Assembly: GCF_047495495.1 (NCBI RefSeq)
Contig: NZ_CP179930.1
Coordinates: 1,595,077 to 1,659,076, forward strand
Length of the DNA stretch: 64,000 nt
Source of the DNA: Zymobacter sp. IVIA_12111.31 C1
Lineage (GTDB): Bacteria > Pseudomonadota > Gammaproteobacteria > Pseudomonadales > Halomonadaceae
Direction: 5' to 3'
The stretch's first letter is position 1. Each line of letters begins with the position of its first letter. A model generated the notes under the pieces. It was not told the DNA's origin. It saw nothing but the letters and a program-made list of their open reading frames with translations, and made no database searches. The position numbers and the translations under genes are program-made. This document shows, piece by piece, positions 1-9,430 of this stretch.

Positions 1-71
1 GCTGTGCTAAAAAAGGCGTAGGGCTCTTCATTTCATATGGAAAAGATCACTCAATGTGTTAGGAGCATGGC

Positions 72-1910
72 ATGTCGGCATTGTCCTCTGAGCGACCTCC
101 CGTTTTCCCGTTTACTGCTGTAGTAGGGCAGGCACCGTTGAAGACGGCGCTATTGCTGGCGGTCATCGAGCCTCGTTTGGGAGGCGTATTGCTCAGTGGT
201 CCTCGCGGCATTGCTAAAACGACACTGGCACGTGCCCTTTCTGCGCTGCTTCCTCGTGGGGGCGATGCGTTCGTGGAACTGCCGTTGGGGTGCAGTACGG
301 CTCAGTTGACCGGTTCGCTCGACATTGATAGCGCGCTATCGCGACAGGAGGTGCGCTTTCGCCCCGGCCTGTTGGCAAAAGCACACCGTGGCATTCTATA
401 TGTCGATGAGGTCAATCTGCTGCCGGACGTACTGGTGGATCAGCTGCTTGACGCCGCGGCCTCTGGGCACCATCGGGTGGAACGAGATGGCATCAGTCAC
501 GTTCACCCCGCTAGCTTTATTCTGATCGGGTCGATGAATCCGGAAGAAGGTGAGCTGAGACCGCAGTTGAGTGATCGCTTTGGGTTGGCGGTACAGCTGA
601 GCGACATACCATCATGCGAAGAGCGGGTGGCCATCGTGCGAGCACGTCGCCGGTTCGATGCGGACCCAGAAGGGTTTTGTCAGCGGCATGAAGAAGCCAT
701 GCAGGCTCTTTCACAGCGACTAGAGCAAGCGCGCCAACGACTGCCCTATGTTCATCTTCCTGAGCAGATCGAATATGCCATCGCGGAACGTTGCGCCAAC
801 GCGGGGATAGAAGGCGTCCGCGCAGATATTGCCTGGCAACGCGCCGCGCTGGCTCATGCCGCACTGCAACAGCAAGAGGCGGTCACCGAAGACGACCTTG
901 CCACCGTTGAAGCACTGGTACTAAACCATCGCCAAACGGCGCCGCATGAACCGTGCGCGTCGCCAGCATCATCTTCTGACTCTGCGCCCACCTTTATGCC
1001 TCCCTCGCCGTTCTCTGGTTCAACAACTTGCCCGGCACCGGCGAGCGGGACAGCCCAAGAATTATTTCCGTCATCACCGAACGCGCCCACGTCAGATTCC
1101 GCCTCGGCTCCAATCGGCGACTCAGGTGATATTCCGCCCCCCTTGCCGGCTTCCGCAATCGCTCAGCCTTCCTCCTCTCTCAGCAGTGACCATCAGCTGC
1201 TAAAGAGGCCAGAGCCGCCTTCATCGAAAGCATCCGCGACTGAGATGCCTGCCATCGCACAGGGCAGAACATGGCTTTCCGCATCCACACATGGACGATG
1301 CTGCGGTCAAGGTCAGCACACTGCTGACGACATTGATTGGGAGCGCTCTTTATCTCTCGCTGAAAACCTGACACCTCAGGGGCTCAAAAAAGTGCTGCGA
1401 CGCACGTTGCACCCAAGCGCTCATGATGCGGTATTGATTCTGCTGGATTCATCAGCATCACAACGCCAGCCAGAGGCGTTCCATCAGACGCGGCAAGTGG
1501 TGCAGCAGCTGATTGCCCAAGCTCAGCAGGAACAGCGCTACGTCGCGCTACTGTATTTTCAAGGCAACAGTGCCAAGTGGCTACTACGAGGCAAGGAAAA
1601 GATCCGCAATGTGACGCGAACACTGGAAAGCCTTCAGCCGGGAGGTGGCACCCCACTGTCACTGGCCTTGCAGGAAGGCCGTCGCTGGATCGCTCGCTGG
1701 CGACGCAATTTTCCTGCCGCACACATTGATAGCTGGTTGATTACGGATGCACGCTGTCAGTGGAATTCAGCGGATCCGTGGCCATCACCGCTTACCGTAG
1801 TCGACAGTGAAGTGGGCGAGCAGCGATTGGGGCGCAGCCATCTGCTTGCCACACAGCTTGGCGGTGAGCATGTCGCTGCGACAGCGCTGCATACGTACGC
1901 CGCAGGCTAA
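72..1910 (+). CDS. Fused ChlI/ChlD-type AAA+ chelatase subunit (N-terminal AAA+ ATPase, Pro/Ser-rich acidic linker, C-terminal vWA/MIDAS domain); likely the ATPase partner of CobN cobaltochelatase
   Basis: Walker A GPRGIAKTT; ChlI-like N-terminal AAA+ sequence (FPFTAVVGQ...); long P/S-rich linker; C-terminal DxSxS MIDAS motif (LLDSSAS); sits in a cob cluster with cobN. Confidence 0.8.
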   Translation: MSALSSERPPVFPFTAVVGQAPLKTALLLAVIEPRLGGVLLSGPRGIAKTTLARALSALLPRGGDAFVELPLGCSTAQLTGSLDIDSALSRQEVRFRPGLLAKAHRGILYVDEVNLLPDVLVDQLLDAAASGHHRVERDGISHVHPASFILIGSMNPEEGELRPQLSDRFGLAVQLSDIPSCEERVAIVRARRRFDADPEGFCQRHEEAMQALSQRLEQARQRLPYVHLPEQIEYAIAERCANAGIEGVRADIAWQRAALAHAALQQQEAVTEDDLATVEALVLNHRQTAPHEPCASPASSSDSAPTFMPPSPFSGSTTCPAPASGTAQELFPSSPNAPTSDSASAPIGDSGDIPPPLPASAIAQPSSSLSSDHQLLKRPEPPSSKASATEMPAIAQGRTWLSASTHGRCCGQGQHTADDIDWERSLSLAENLTPQGLKKVLRRTLHPSAHDAVLILLDSSASQRQPEAFHQTRQVVQQLIAQAQQEQRYVALLYFQGNSAKWLLRGKEKIRNVTRTLESLQPGGGTPLSLALQEGRRWIARWRRNFPAAHIDSWLITDARCQWNSADPWPSPLTVVDSEVGEQRLGRSHLLATQLGGEHVAATALHTYAAG

Positions 1911-1972
1911 ATTTAAGCGGGCATCGTGAACGCTATGGCACAATTACCATTCTGTTTACTCAAGTTATTGGA

Positions 1973-2623
1973 ATGCGCAACGATGCGGGGCAGCAATACG
2001 CTATGACGGCACCAGAAGAGTCTTATCAACGTCGCATGCTGAAGAAGAAGCAGATCATTGATGAGCGCATCGCTCAGGCCGCTACCGAGCGTGGCGTACT
2101 GATCCTGCTGAAAGGCAACGGCAAGGGTAAAAGCAGTTCAGCGTTCGGCACCATGGCGCGGGCACTGGGCCACGGCCAGCGGGCAGCCGTCATCCAGTTC
2201 ATCAAGGGGACACGGGAAACGGGGGAACATCTGTTCTTCAAGGATCACCCGAACGTCGATTTCCACGTAATGGGCCATGGGTTCAGCTGGGAGACGCGAG
2301 ATCCAGAGCGTGAAGCCGAAGCAGCTCGGCAGGCATGGCAGATGGCCTGCCGCTATCTGATCCCGTCAACGGCTTCCGATGCGCCATATCCGGTGCAGCT
2401 CATCATACTTGATGAGCTGTCGTATATGCTCAAGTACGGCTATCTGGACGCTCAGGAAGTGGCCGATGTCCTGGCAGCACGCCCTCCCACCCTCAACGTC
2501 ATCGTCACGGGACGTACCATGGCGCTTCCGCTGCAGGAGATAGCCGATACTATTAGCGTCATTCAGGATGAGCGCCACGCCTTTAGGCTCGGTGTGAAGG
2601 CACAGGCAGGGATTGAGTTTTGA
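1973..2623 (+). CDS. cobO: Cob(I)yrinic acid a,c-diamide adenosyltransferase (CobO/BtuR family); alternative start at Met 2003
   Basis: P-loop GNGKGKSSSAFG characteristic of CobO/BtuR; size about 200 aa; stop overlaps the next gene's start (TGATG). Confidence 0.85.
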   Translation: MRNDAGQQYAMTAPEESYQRRMLKKKQIIDERIAQAATERGVLILLKGNGKGKSSSAFGTMARALGHGQRAAVIQFIKGTRETGEHLFFKDHPNVDFHVMGHGFSWETRDPEREAEAARQAWQMACRYLIPSTASDAPYPVQLIILDELSYMLKYGYLDAQEVADVLAARPPTLNVIVTGRTMALPLQEIADTISVIQDERHAFRLGVKAQAGIEF

Positions 2624-3954
2624 TGACAACAACGCGCGAATGTCCGGCACTGATGATTTCCGCTTTAGCATCAGGTCAGGGCAAGACGACGGTAACCGCC
2701 GCACTGGCAGCTTGGCATCGGCGCCAAGGCAAGCGAGTGACGGTTTTCAAGACCGGTCCTGACTACCTTGACCCTCTTCTGCTGGCCCGCGCCAGCGGCG
2801 GATCAGCCGAACCACTCGACCTATGGATGATGGGTGAGGAAGCCTGCCGCCGCGCCCTATACGAAGCAGCGGCTGAATCCGACCTGATTCTTGTCGAAGG
2901 GGCAATGGGGCTGTTTGACGGTGATCCTTCCAGCGCGGATCTGGCCGAGCACTTCGGTTTGCCCGTCGTCACGGTTATTCACGCCCGCGGCATGGCCCAG
3001 ACCGTGGCCGCAGTGGCACTCGGACTCGCGCACTACCGTCCCTCCCTAAACACGCTGGGCATCGTAGCCAATGCGCTCGGTAGCGAGCGCCACCGCCAGC
3101 TGATCGACTCCGCATTGGCGCCCGAAACACCCTTATTGGCATCGCTACTGCGCAAGGACGACATGGCACTGCCCAGCCGCCACCTAGGGCTGGTCATGCC
3201 GGATGAACAGCAAGATGTAGACGAACGCATCGCCCTAGCTGCAGATCAGCTTGAAGGAAGCACGCTGTCCACATTGCTGCCCAACGTCAGCTTTCCGGCG
3301 CCCGAGTACGATACAGCACCGATAGCGACGCTGGAGGGCTGTAGGATTGCTGTTGCTCGTGATGCCGCCTTCAGCTTTATCTATTCCGCCAACCTTCGGC
3401 TATTGGAAGCTCTGGGCGCTGACATCGCGTTCTTCTCTCCGCTGACGGACAGTACGCTGCCCGAGGGCTATACCGCCGTATGGCTGCCGGGCGGCTATCC
3501 CGAGCTTCACGCCGACACACTGGCATGCAATACCGCCATGCATCAGGCGCTGCGCAATGCCCATGATCGTGGCTGCCCGATTCTGGCCGAGTGCGGAGGC
3601 ATGCTGTACCTGATGGCCTCGTTAGTCTCACTAGAGGGCGATACCTTCCCCATGGCTAGCGTGCTGCCGGGGCAAGGACGCATGCAGGGACGTTCGGGGT
3701 GTCAGGGCATGCAGAGCGTCGAGCTGCCAGAAGGCACACTACGCGGCCACTCTCATCATCATTCGCGTGCGTTTGATACACTGCCGCCGCTGACTCATTG
3801 CCAGCGTGCGCGCCACTCGGCGCCGGGCGAGGCCGTCTATCGGCAGGGCAATACCACCGCGAGCTATCTGCACCTGTATTTTCCTTCGAACCCCAGTGCC
3901 TGCGCAGCGTTGTTCACTGCACCGCGCAAAGCAACATTGCCGGTACAGCCATGA
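2623..3954 (+). CDS. cobB: Cobyrinic acid a,c-diamide synthase (CobB/CbiA). The ORF track starts at TTG 2620; the ATG at 2623 is the likely start
   Basis: N-terminal ATP-binding motif ALASGQGKTTVT; C-terminal glutamine amidotransferase-like region (ECGGMLYL); about 440 aa. Confidence 0.85.
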   Translation: MTTTRECPALMISALASGQGKTTVTAALAAWHRRQGKRVTVFKTGPDYLDPLLLARASGGSAEPLDLWMMGEEACRRALYEAAAESDLILVEGAMGLFDGDPSSADLAEHFGLPVVTVIHARGMAQTVAAVALGLAHYRPSLNTLGIVANALGSERHRQLIDSALAPETPLLASLLRKDDMALPSRHLGLVMPDEQQDVDERIALAADQLEGSTLSTLLPNVSFPAPEYDTAPIATLEGCRIAVARDAAFSFIYSANLRLLEALGADIAFFSPLTDSTLPEGYTAVWLPGGYPELHADTLACNTAMHQALRNAHDRGCPILAECGGMLYLMASLVSLEGDTFPMASVLPGQGRMQGRSGCQGMQSVELPEGTLRGHSHHHSRAFDTLPPLTHCQRARHSAPGEAVYRQGNTTASYLHLYFPSNPSACAALFTAPRKATLPVQP

Positions 3955-4349
3955 GAGGCTTCGTAATGGGAATCGGCTGCAAAGCCGCGTGTTCACTCGA
4001 CACCCTACTCTCGCTGTTTCGCCAGATGGAACAGAGGCTCGCCCCCCCTGTCGGGCCTCTGTGCGCCATTGCGTGCTGGGCCCCTCGCCAGCATCATGCA
4101 GCGCTTACAGCCTTTGCGCACACATTGAATGTGCCGCTTGAGGCATGGTCGACGACAGCGCTGGTAGCTTACGCCCCAGACCTGAGCCACCGTTCAGCGT
4201 CGCTCTACGAACGCACGGGACTTTGGGGCATCGCGGAAGCCGCAGCCTTGGCCAGCGCACAAGTACGATCAGCGCAGCCGCCACGCCTATGGATTAGTCG
4301 CTGCGTATCGTCAATGCACGATGCCACCGGGGCCATCGCGCGATGCTGA
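3951..4349 (+). CDS. cobE: Cobalamin biosynthesis protein CobE (CbiG C-terminal-domain-like). The in-frame ATG at 3951 overlaps the cobB stop (ATGA)
   Basis: Small protein MRGFVMGIGCKAA... typical of CobE/CbiG-C; the upstream part of track ORF 3798..4349 overlaps cobB and is probably spurious. Confidence 0.6.
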   Translation: MRGFVMGIGCKAACSLDTLLSLFRQMEQRLAPPVGPLCAIACWAPRQHHAALTAFAHTLNVPLEAWSTTALVAYAPDLSHRSASLYERTGLWGIAEAAALASAQVRSAQPPRLWISRCVSSMHDATGAIARC

Positions 4350-4456
4350 CCTGACCCATCGGGCCCTTTCATCTGCTCACGCAGGCGCTACCATGGCCGC
4401 ATCGCAGGCCCGATTTCTGCACACCATCATCACACTGACGATTAAGGAGTGTCCGA

Positions 4457-5536
4457 ATGACCCTTCGCTCACCCGCTCTGGACAAGATTCCGGCTACGGT
4501 TGTGACCGGCTTTCTCGGCAGCGGCAAGACCACTCTCATTTCAAGCCTGCTGCGTCAGGCCAATGGCAAACGGATCGCTGTTATCGTCAATGAGTTTGGA
4601 GATCTAGACGTTGATGCCGAACTGATCAGAGGCTGCGCACTAGAAAACTGCCCTGCCGATGAAAACAATGGCATCTATGAGCTGGCCAACGGCTGCATCT
4701 GCTGCACCGTCGAGGAAGAGTTTCTGCCGGTGATGAAAGAGCTCGTCAAGCGACGCCATGAGCTGGATCATATCCTCATCGAAACGTCAGGGCTGGCACT
4801 GCCCAAGCCGCTAGTGCAAGCCTTCAACTGGCCTGAGATTAAGCAGTTCTGTACCGTGGATGCGGTGATCACCGTTGTCGATGGCCCGGCACTGGCCGTT
4901 GGCGAAGTTGCCCAGTCTACAGCGCGCATCGAGGCACAACGTCAAGCGGACAGTAGCCTTGATCATGATCCCTCGCTGCATGAACTGCTGGAAGACCAGC
5001 TGGCGGCGGCAGATATGGTTGTCGTCAGCAAGGCCGATCAGATGAGCGAAGAGGACCGACTGCGCGTCAGCGATCAGCTACACGCCGTACTGCCGTCCAG
5101 CGTTCAAACCCTGTTTGTGCGCCAAGGAGGCGCGGAGGCGTCGCTACTGATGGGACTGGGGCTTGAGTCCGAACAGCGCGTCGATCACGTGCATACGCAC
5201 CATGACCATCATCATGCCGCTGGCCGAGAGCATCATCACGCCCACGATGACTTCGATCACTACGTAGCGACGCTGGGCGTAGTGGATACGCTGCAGCTGT
5301 TGGACGCACTGCGCCATCTGGTAGCGACTCAAGGCATCTTCCGCATCAAAGGCTTCGCAGACACCGGCAAACCCATGCGTCAGGTACTTCACGTGGTCGG
5401 TGACCGCGTTGGGCTCCACTTTGATCGACTGTGGCATGCCGATGAACCGCGCCAGACTCGGCTGATCTTCATCGGTCGTCAACTGGATACCCAAGCGATC
5501 GCCTCACGTCTGTCGCAGGCCCATTTGCCACACTGA
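4457..5536 (+). CDS. cobW: CobW, a COG0523 GTPase metallochaperone with a His-rich stretch
   Basis: P-loop GFLGSGKTT; CxCC motif (GCICCTVEEE); His-rich segment HVHTHHDHHHAAGREHHHAHDD; located between cobE and cobN. Confidence 0.85.
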   Translation: MTLRSPALDKIPATVVTGFLGSGKTTLISSLLRQANGKRIAVIVNEFGDLDVDAELIRGCALENCPADENNGIYELANGCICCTVEEEFLPVMKELVKRRHELDHILIETSGLALPKPLVQAFNWPEIKQFCTVDAVITVVDGPALAVGEVAQSTARIEAQRQADSSLDHDPSLHELLEDQLAAADMVVVSKADQMSEEDRLRVSDQLHAVLPSSVQTLFVRQGGAEASLLMGLGLESEQRVDHVHTHHDHHHAAGREHHHAHDDFDHYVATLGVVDTLQLLDALRHLVATQGIFRIKGFADTGKPMRQVLHVVGDRVGLHFDRLWHADEPRQTRLIFIGRQLDTQAIASRLSQAHLPH

Positions 5537-5542
5537 CGCCCC

Positions 5543-8500
5543 ATGCATCTTTTCGCCGCTCAACCCGGTGCCGCATTCGACGACGGCGCGGGCATCATCG
5601 ACCTTGACCAGACGCCCGCCGAGCTGATCATTATGTCGGGAGCCGATAGTGTGCTGAGCTTGCTGGCTCACACCAGCGATCGACTGCCCGAGGGGTATCC
5701 GTCTCTGCGCTTGGTCAATACGCTGCATCTGAACAAGCCTGCGGCATTTGACCTATGGCAGGACAAGGTACTCGACCGCACGTCGCCCTCTCTGCCGCAC
5801 GGCACCAAAGTGGTGGTGGTGTCGCTACTGGGAGGAATCCGTTACTGGCGCTATGGACTGGAAGCCCTACAGCAATGGGCCGCGCGCAAACGCGCCACGC
5901 TTGTTGTGGTACCCGGTGAGGATGTCGAAGATCAGGACGTTCTGTCTTCGGGCACGGTGAGTGCAGAAGATGCCCATCGTCTATGGCGCTATCTGCGTGA
6001 AGGTGGCCCGTGCAACGCGCAGCGGCTGTTTGACTATGTGCTGCATCGCTGGCTGCGTCCCGACAATGACGCTGCGCAGGCGGTAGGCCATGCCCAAGTA
6101 GTGCCTAGTGCCATACGTCATGCCGATCGCCCTGCCGCCCAACACTCTTCTCTTGTCTGTGGGCAAAGCGCTGCGGCCACGCTGATACTGGTGATCTATC
6201 GCAGCCATGTGCAGGCCGCTAATAGCGCAGTATTCGATCATTTTGCAGAGGTACTTGCAGCGGTGGGGTTCCGCGTCATCACACTAGCGGTGACCTCTCT
6301 CAAGCAGCCCGACTGTCTAACCTTACTGGAGCGGGCCATAGAGGAAGAAGCGGCGTCACTGGTCATCAATATGACCGGGTTTGCCATCGCCCGCAGCGCC
6401 AACGATGCCCTTTCCTCTCGCCCAACGATACCCTCATGGCCTCTGCGCCAGCGCATTCCTGTCCTGCAAGCAACGCTGGCCAGCACCCGCGAAGAAGACT
6501 GGCAGGCCAACGACATGGGGTTATGCGCGCGCGATATTGCCATGCAGGTCGCACTGCCAGAGCTGGATGGGCGCATCATTACACGTGCGGTGGGTTTCAA
6601 GGCGGCTCTGCAACGTCATGAACGCAGCCAGTACGACAGCGTACGTTTCGAACTGCAACCCGATCGAGCGCAGTTCGTAGCCGAGCTGGCGGCGCATTGG
6701 CATCGTCTGCAACAAACGCCTCGCTGCGAGCGTCGCCTAATGCTGGTGCTGGCCAACTATCCTGCCGACGAGGCATCACTGGGCAATGGCATTGGACTGG
6801 ATACACCCGCATCGACGGTCAGTGTGATGAAGGTACTGGCAGCGGCGGGCTACCAGATCGACGATGTTCCCGCTGATGGCGATACGCTAATGGCTTTGCT
6901 GCGCGCAGGCGTGACCAATACCGCCAGCAGCCTGTTTAATCCCGTCGTCCACGGGTTGCTGCTCAGCGATTACCTTCGCCATTACGCTCGACTGCCGTTG
7001 ACTGCACGTGAAGCCCTTGAAGAACGCTGGGGACAGCCTGCACAGGACCCTCGCCTGCTGATGACACCGCAAGGCCCCGCATTCCCGATAGCGGGGCTGC
7101 CTTTTGGACACCTATTCATCGGCATCCAGCCCATGCGCGGCTACGACATTGATCAGGCTGCGCTGTACCACGATGCCGCCCTGGTGCCGACGCACAGCTA
7201 TCTAGCATTTCATTTCTGGATGCGCCATCACTGGCAGGCCGATGCGGTCATCCATATGGGGACCCACGGCAATCTTGAATGGCTGCCGGGCAAAAGCCTC
7301 GCGCTATCGCAACATTGCTGGCCGGAAATCGCACTGGGACCGCTGCCCAATATCTACTCATTCATCGTCAACGATCCCGGCGAAGGCGCGCAGGCTAAGC
7401 GGCGGGCACAGGCCGTCTTGATCAGCCATCTGACGCCACCATTGATGCAGGCCGACATTCACGGTCATCTGGCTGAGCTTGAGCAGTTGATGGATGAATA
7501 CTATCAAGCGATGAACGTCGATCAGCAGCGTGAACGCTATCTACGCCAGCAGATACTGACGCGTGCGCGTGAAACACATGTCTTGGAAGAACTGACGACA
7601 GCACGTGCGCTGGCGGGCAGCGATGACGATACGCTGCTGCAAGCCTTGGACGCATGGCTGTGCGACATCAAGGAAAGTCAGGTACGCAGCGGTCTGCATG
7701 TTCTGGGTGAGCTGCCGTGCGGTACGCTGCTGGTCGATCAACTGCTCTCACTGCTGCGCATTCCCCGCACGCTAGCGGCGACCCGCGGCAGTGTGCCGTA
7801 TGATGAGGCTGCCAACGATCAGGGGCTGCTGCATGCCATGGCCGATGATCTGGGGCTGCCTCAGGAATTCGATCCGCTGGCCCACGGTACGGCCGCATGG
7901 ACAGGCCCGTTTCCCACCACTCTAAACGCGTGTTCATCCGCACTTTGGCGTACGGAAGCCGATACACGAGAGCGCCTCGAACAGTGCGCGCGCCAGCTCA
8001 TCCGTCACCACGTCATTGAGGGCCACCCTGAATCGCTGTCAGGATGGCCTGCAACACGCGCCGTGCTCACGCTGGCACATGACACACTGCTACCCTCGCT
8101 GCGGGACAGCGTCCGGTGTGAACATCTTTCGATTCTGGATGCACTGGACGGCCGTGCCGTGCCCGCCGGTGCGAGCGGCTCCCCCGCCCGCGGGCGCTGG
8201 GACATTCTGCCCACCGGACGCAACATGCACACTCTCGACAGCCGCGCCATTCCATCGCCTACGGCATGGGTGCTTGGCCAGCAGGCCGCCGAGCAGGTCA
8301 TCGAACGCCACCTGCAGGAACACGGGGATTACCCGCAGTGGATCGGCATGACGCTGTGGGGATCGGCCACGCTGCGCACGGGTGGAGACGACGTGGCGCA
8401 GGCCTTGGCGCTAATGGGCGTTCGCCCTCGCTGGGCCCCGGGCTCCTCTCGGGTGGCGGATATCGAGATCATCCCCGCATTCCGTCTGGGACGGCCGCGC

Positions 8501-9430
8501 GTCGATGTGACCTTGCGCGTTTCCGGCTTCTTTCGCGATGCCTTTCCCAATCTGATCCTACTGTTCAACAAGGCCGTCCACGCACTGGCCCACTATGAAG
8601 AGCCGGGGAATGGCAACACCATCCGCCAGCACGTTATGACGCGACAGCAGACGTTACTCGACGAAGGACATTCGGATGCCTCAGCGCTGCAACAGGCCTG
8701 TCAGCGCGTATTTGGCAGTGCTGCCGGCCAGTATGGTAGCGGGTTGGCCCCCTTGCTGGAGCACGGCCACTGGCAGGACCGTGAGGCGCTGGCCGAAGCC
8801 TATGTGCGCTGGGGTGGACATGCTTGGCAAGCCTCGGGCGACGATCAGCTAGAGCAGCACGACGCCCATGCGGGGTTTGCCGATCAGCTGTGCCAGCTGG
8901 ATGCGGTGCTTCACAACCGTGACCTGATCGAGCAGGACCTACTAGATGCCACTGACCACGCACAGTTTCAGGGCGGCATGGCCAATGCCACCTATGTGTT
9001 ACGTCAGGCAATGCCCGCGCTCTACGTTGGCGATCATACCCAACCGACTGCACTGCGTATTCAAAGTCTCAGCGAGTCGCTCGTACAGAGCCTGCACGCC
9101 CGCGTGCTCAATCCTCGCTGGCAACAGGCCATGCGCGTTCACGGCTATAAAGGGGCCAGCGAGATGACACGCAGCATCGACAGCATGATTGCCTACGATG
9201 CTACGACCCGCGTGATGGCCGACCATCACTATGCACAAGTCGGCGCATCGCTGCTCCAGCCCGAGAATCAGCAGTTTATGCAACAGCATAATCCCGATGC
9301 ACTGAAGCGGTTGGTTCAGCAACTGATGACCGCCATTCAGCAGGGCCTCTGGCAGGCTTCCCCTGAATGGACAACCTACCTTGAATCGCTACTGATTCAT
9401 CTTGAACAACAGCAGGAAGAACGGACATGA
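5543..9430 (+). CDS. cobN: Aerobic cobaltochelatase large subunit CobN
   Basis: 1295 aa; CobN/Mg-chelatase H-family sequence; cob cluster context. Confidence 0.9.
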   Translation: MHLFAAQPGAAFDDGAGIIDLDQTPAELIIMSGADSVLSLLAHTSDRLPEGYPSLRLVNTLHLNKPAAFDLWQDKVLDRTSPSLPHGTKVVVVSLLGGIRYWRYGLEALQQWAARKRATLVVVPGEDVEDQDVLSSGTVSAEDAHRLWRYLREGGPCNAQRLFDYVLHRWLRPDNDAAQAVGHAQVVPSAIRHADRPAAQHSSLVCGQSAAATLILVIYRSHVQAANSAVFDHFAEVLAAVGFRVITLAVTSLKQPDCLTLLERAIEEEAASLVINMTGFAIARSANDALSSRPTIPSWPLRQRIPVLQATLASTREEDWQANDMGLCARDIAMQVALPELDGRIITRAVGFKAALQRHERSQYDSVRFELQPDRAQFVAELAAHWHRLQQTPRCERRLMLVLANYPADEASLGNGIGLDTPASTVSVMKVLAAAGYQIDDVPADGDTLMALLRAGVTNTASSLFNPVVHGLLLSDYLRHYARLPLTAREALEERWGQPAQDPRLLMTPQGPAFPIAGLPFGHLFIGIQPMRGYDIDQAALYHDAALVPTHSYLAFHFWMRHHWQADAVIHMGTHGNLEWLPGKSLALSQHCWPEIALGPLPNIYSFIVNDPGEGAQAKRRAQAVLISHLTPPLMQADIHGHLAELEQLMDEYYQAMNVDQQRERYLRQQILTRARETHVLEELTTARALAGSDDDTLLQALDAWLCDIKESQVRSGLHVLGELPCGTLLVDQLLSLLRIPRTLAATRGSVPYDEAANDQGLLHAMADDLGLPQEFDPLAHGTAAWTGPFPTTLNACSSALWRTEADTRERLEQCARQLIRHHVIEGHPESLSGWPATRAVLTLAHDTLLPSLRDSVRCEHLSILDALDGRAVPAGASGSPARGRWDILPTGRNMHTLDSRAIPSPTAWVLGQQAAEQVIERHLQEHGDYPQWIGMTLWGSATLRTGGDDVAQALALMGVRPRWAPGSSRVADIEIIPAFRLGRPRVDVTLRVSGFFRDAFPNLILLFNKAVHALAHYEEPGNGNTIRQHVMTRQQTLLDEGHSDASALQQACQRVFGSAAGQYGSGLAPLLEHGHWQDREALAEAYVRWGGHAWQASGDDQLEQHDAHAGFADQLCQLDAVLHNRDLIEQDLLDATDHAQFQGGMANATYVLRQAMPALYVGDHTQPTALRIQSLSESLVQSLHARVLNPRWQQAMRVHGYKGASEMTRSIDSMIAYDATTRVMADHHYAQVGASLLQPENQQFMQQHNPDALKRLVQQLMTAIQQGLWQASPEWTTYLESLLIHLEQQQEERT

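Noticed and set aside
325-1722. Multiple short ORFs (both strands) inside the ChlI/ChlD gene, and similar antisense or alternate-frame ORFs inside cobN, cobQ, patD, gabT, the arn genes and the NRPS
   Set aside because: High-GC genomes generate long spurious ORFs on all frames. Each of these lies entirely within a longer gene with clear homology, and none has a motif of its own.
3798-3950. N-terminal 51 codons of track ORF 3798..4349 overlapping cobB
   Set aside because: They overlap the 3' end of cobB in another frame. A conserved CobE-like sequence begins at the ATG (3951), which forms an ATGA junction with the cobB stop.
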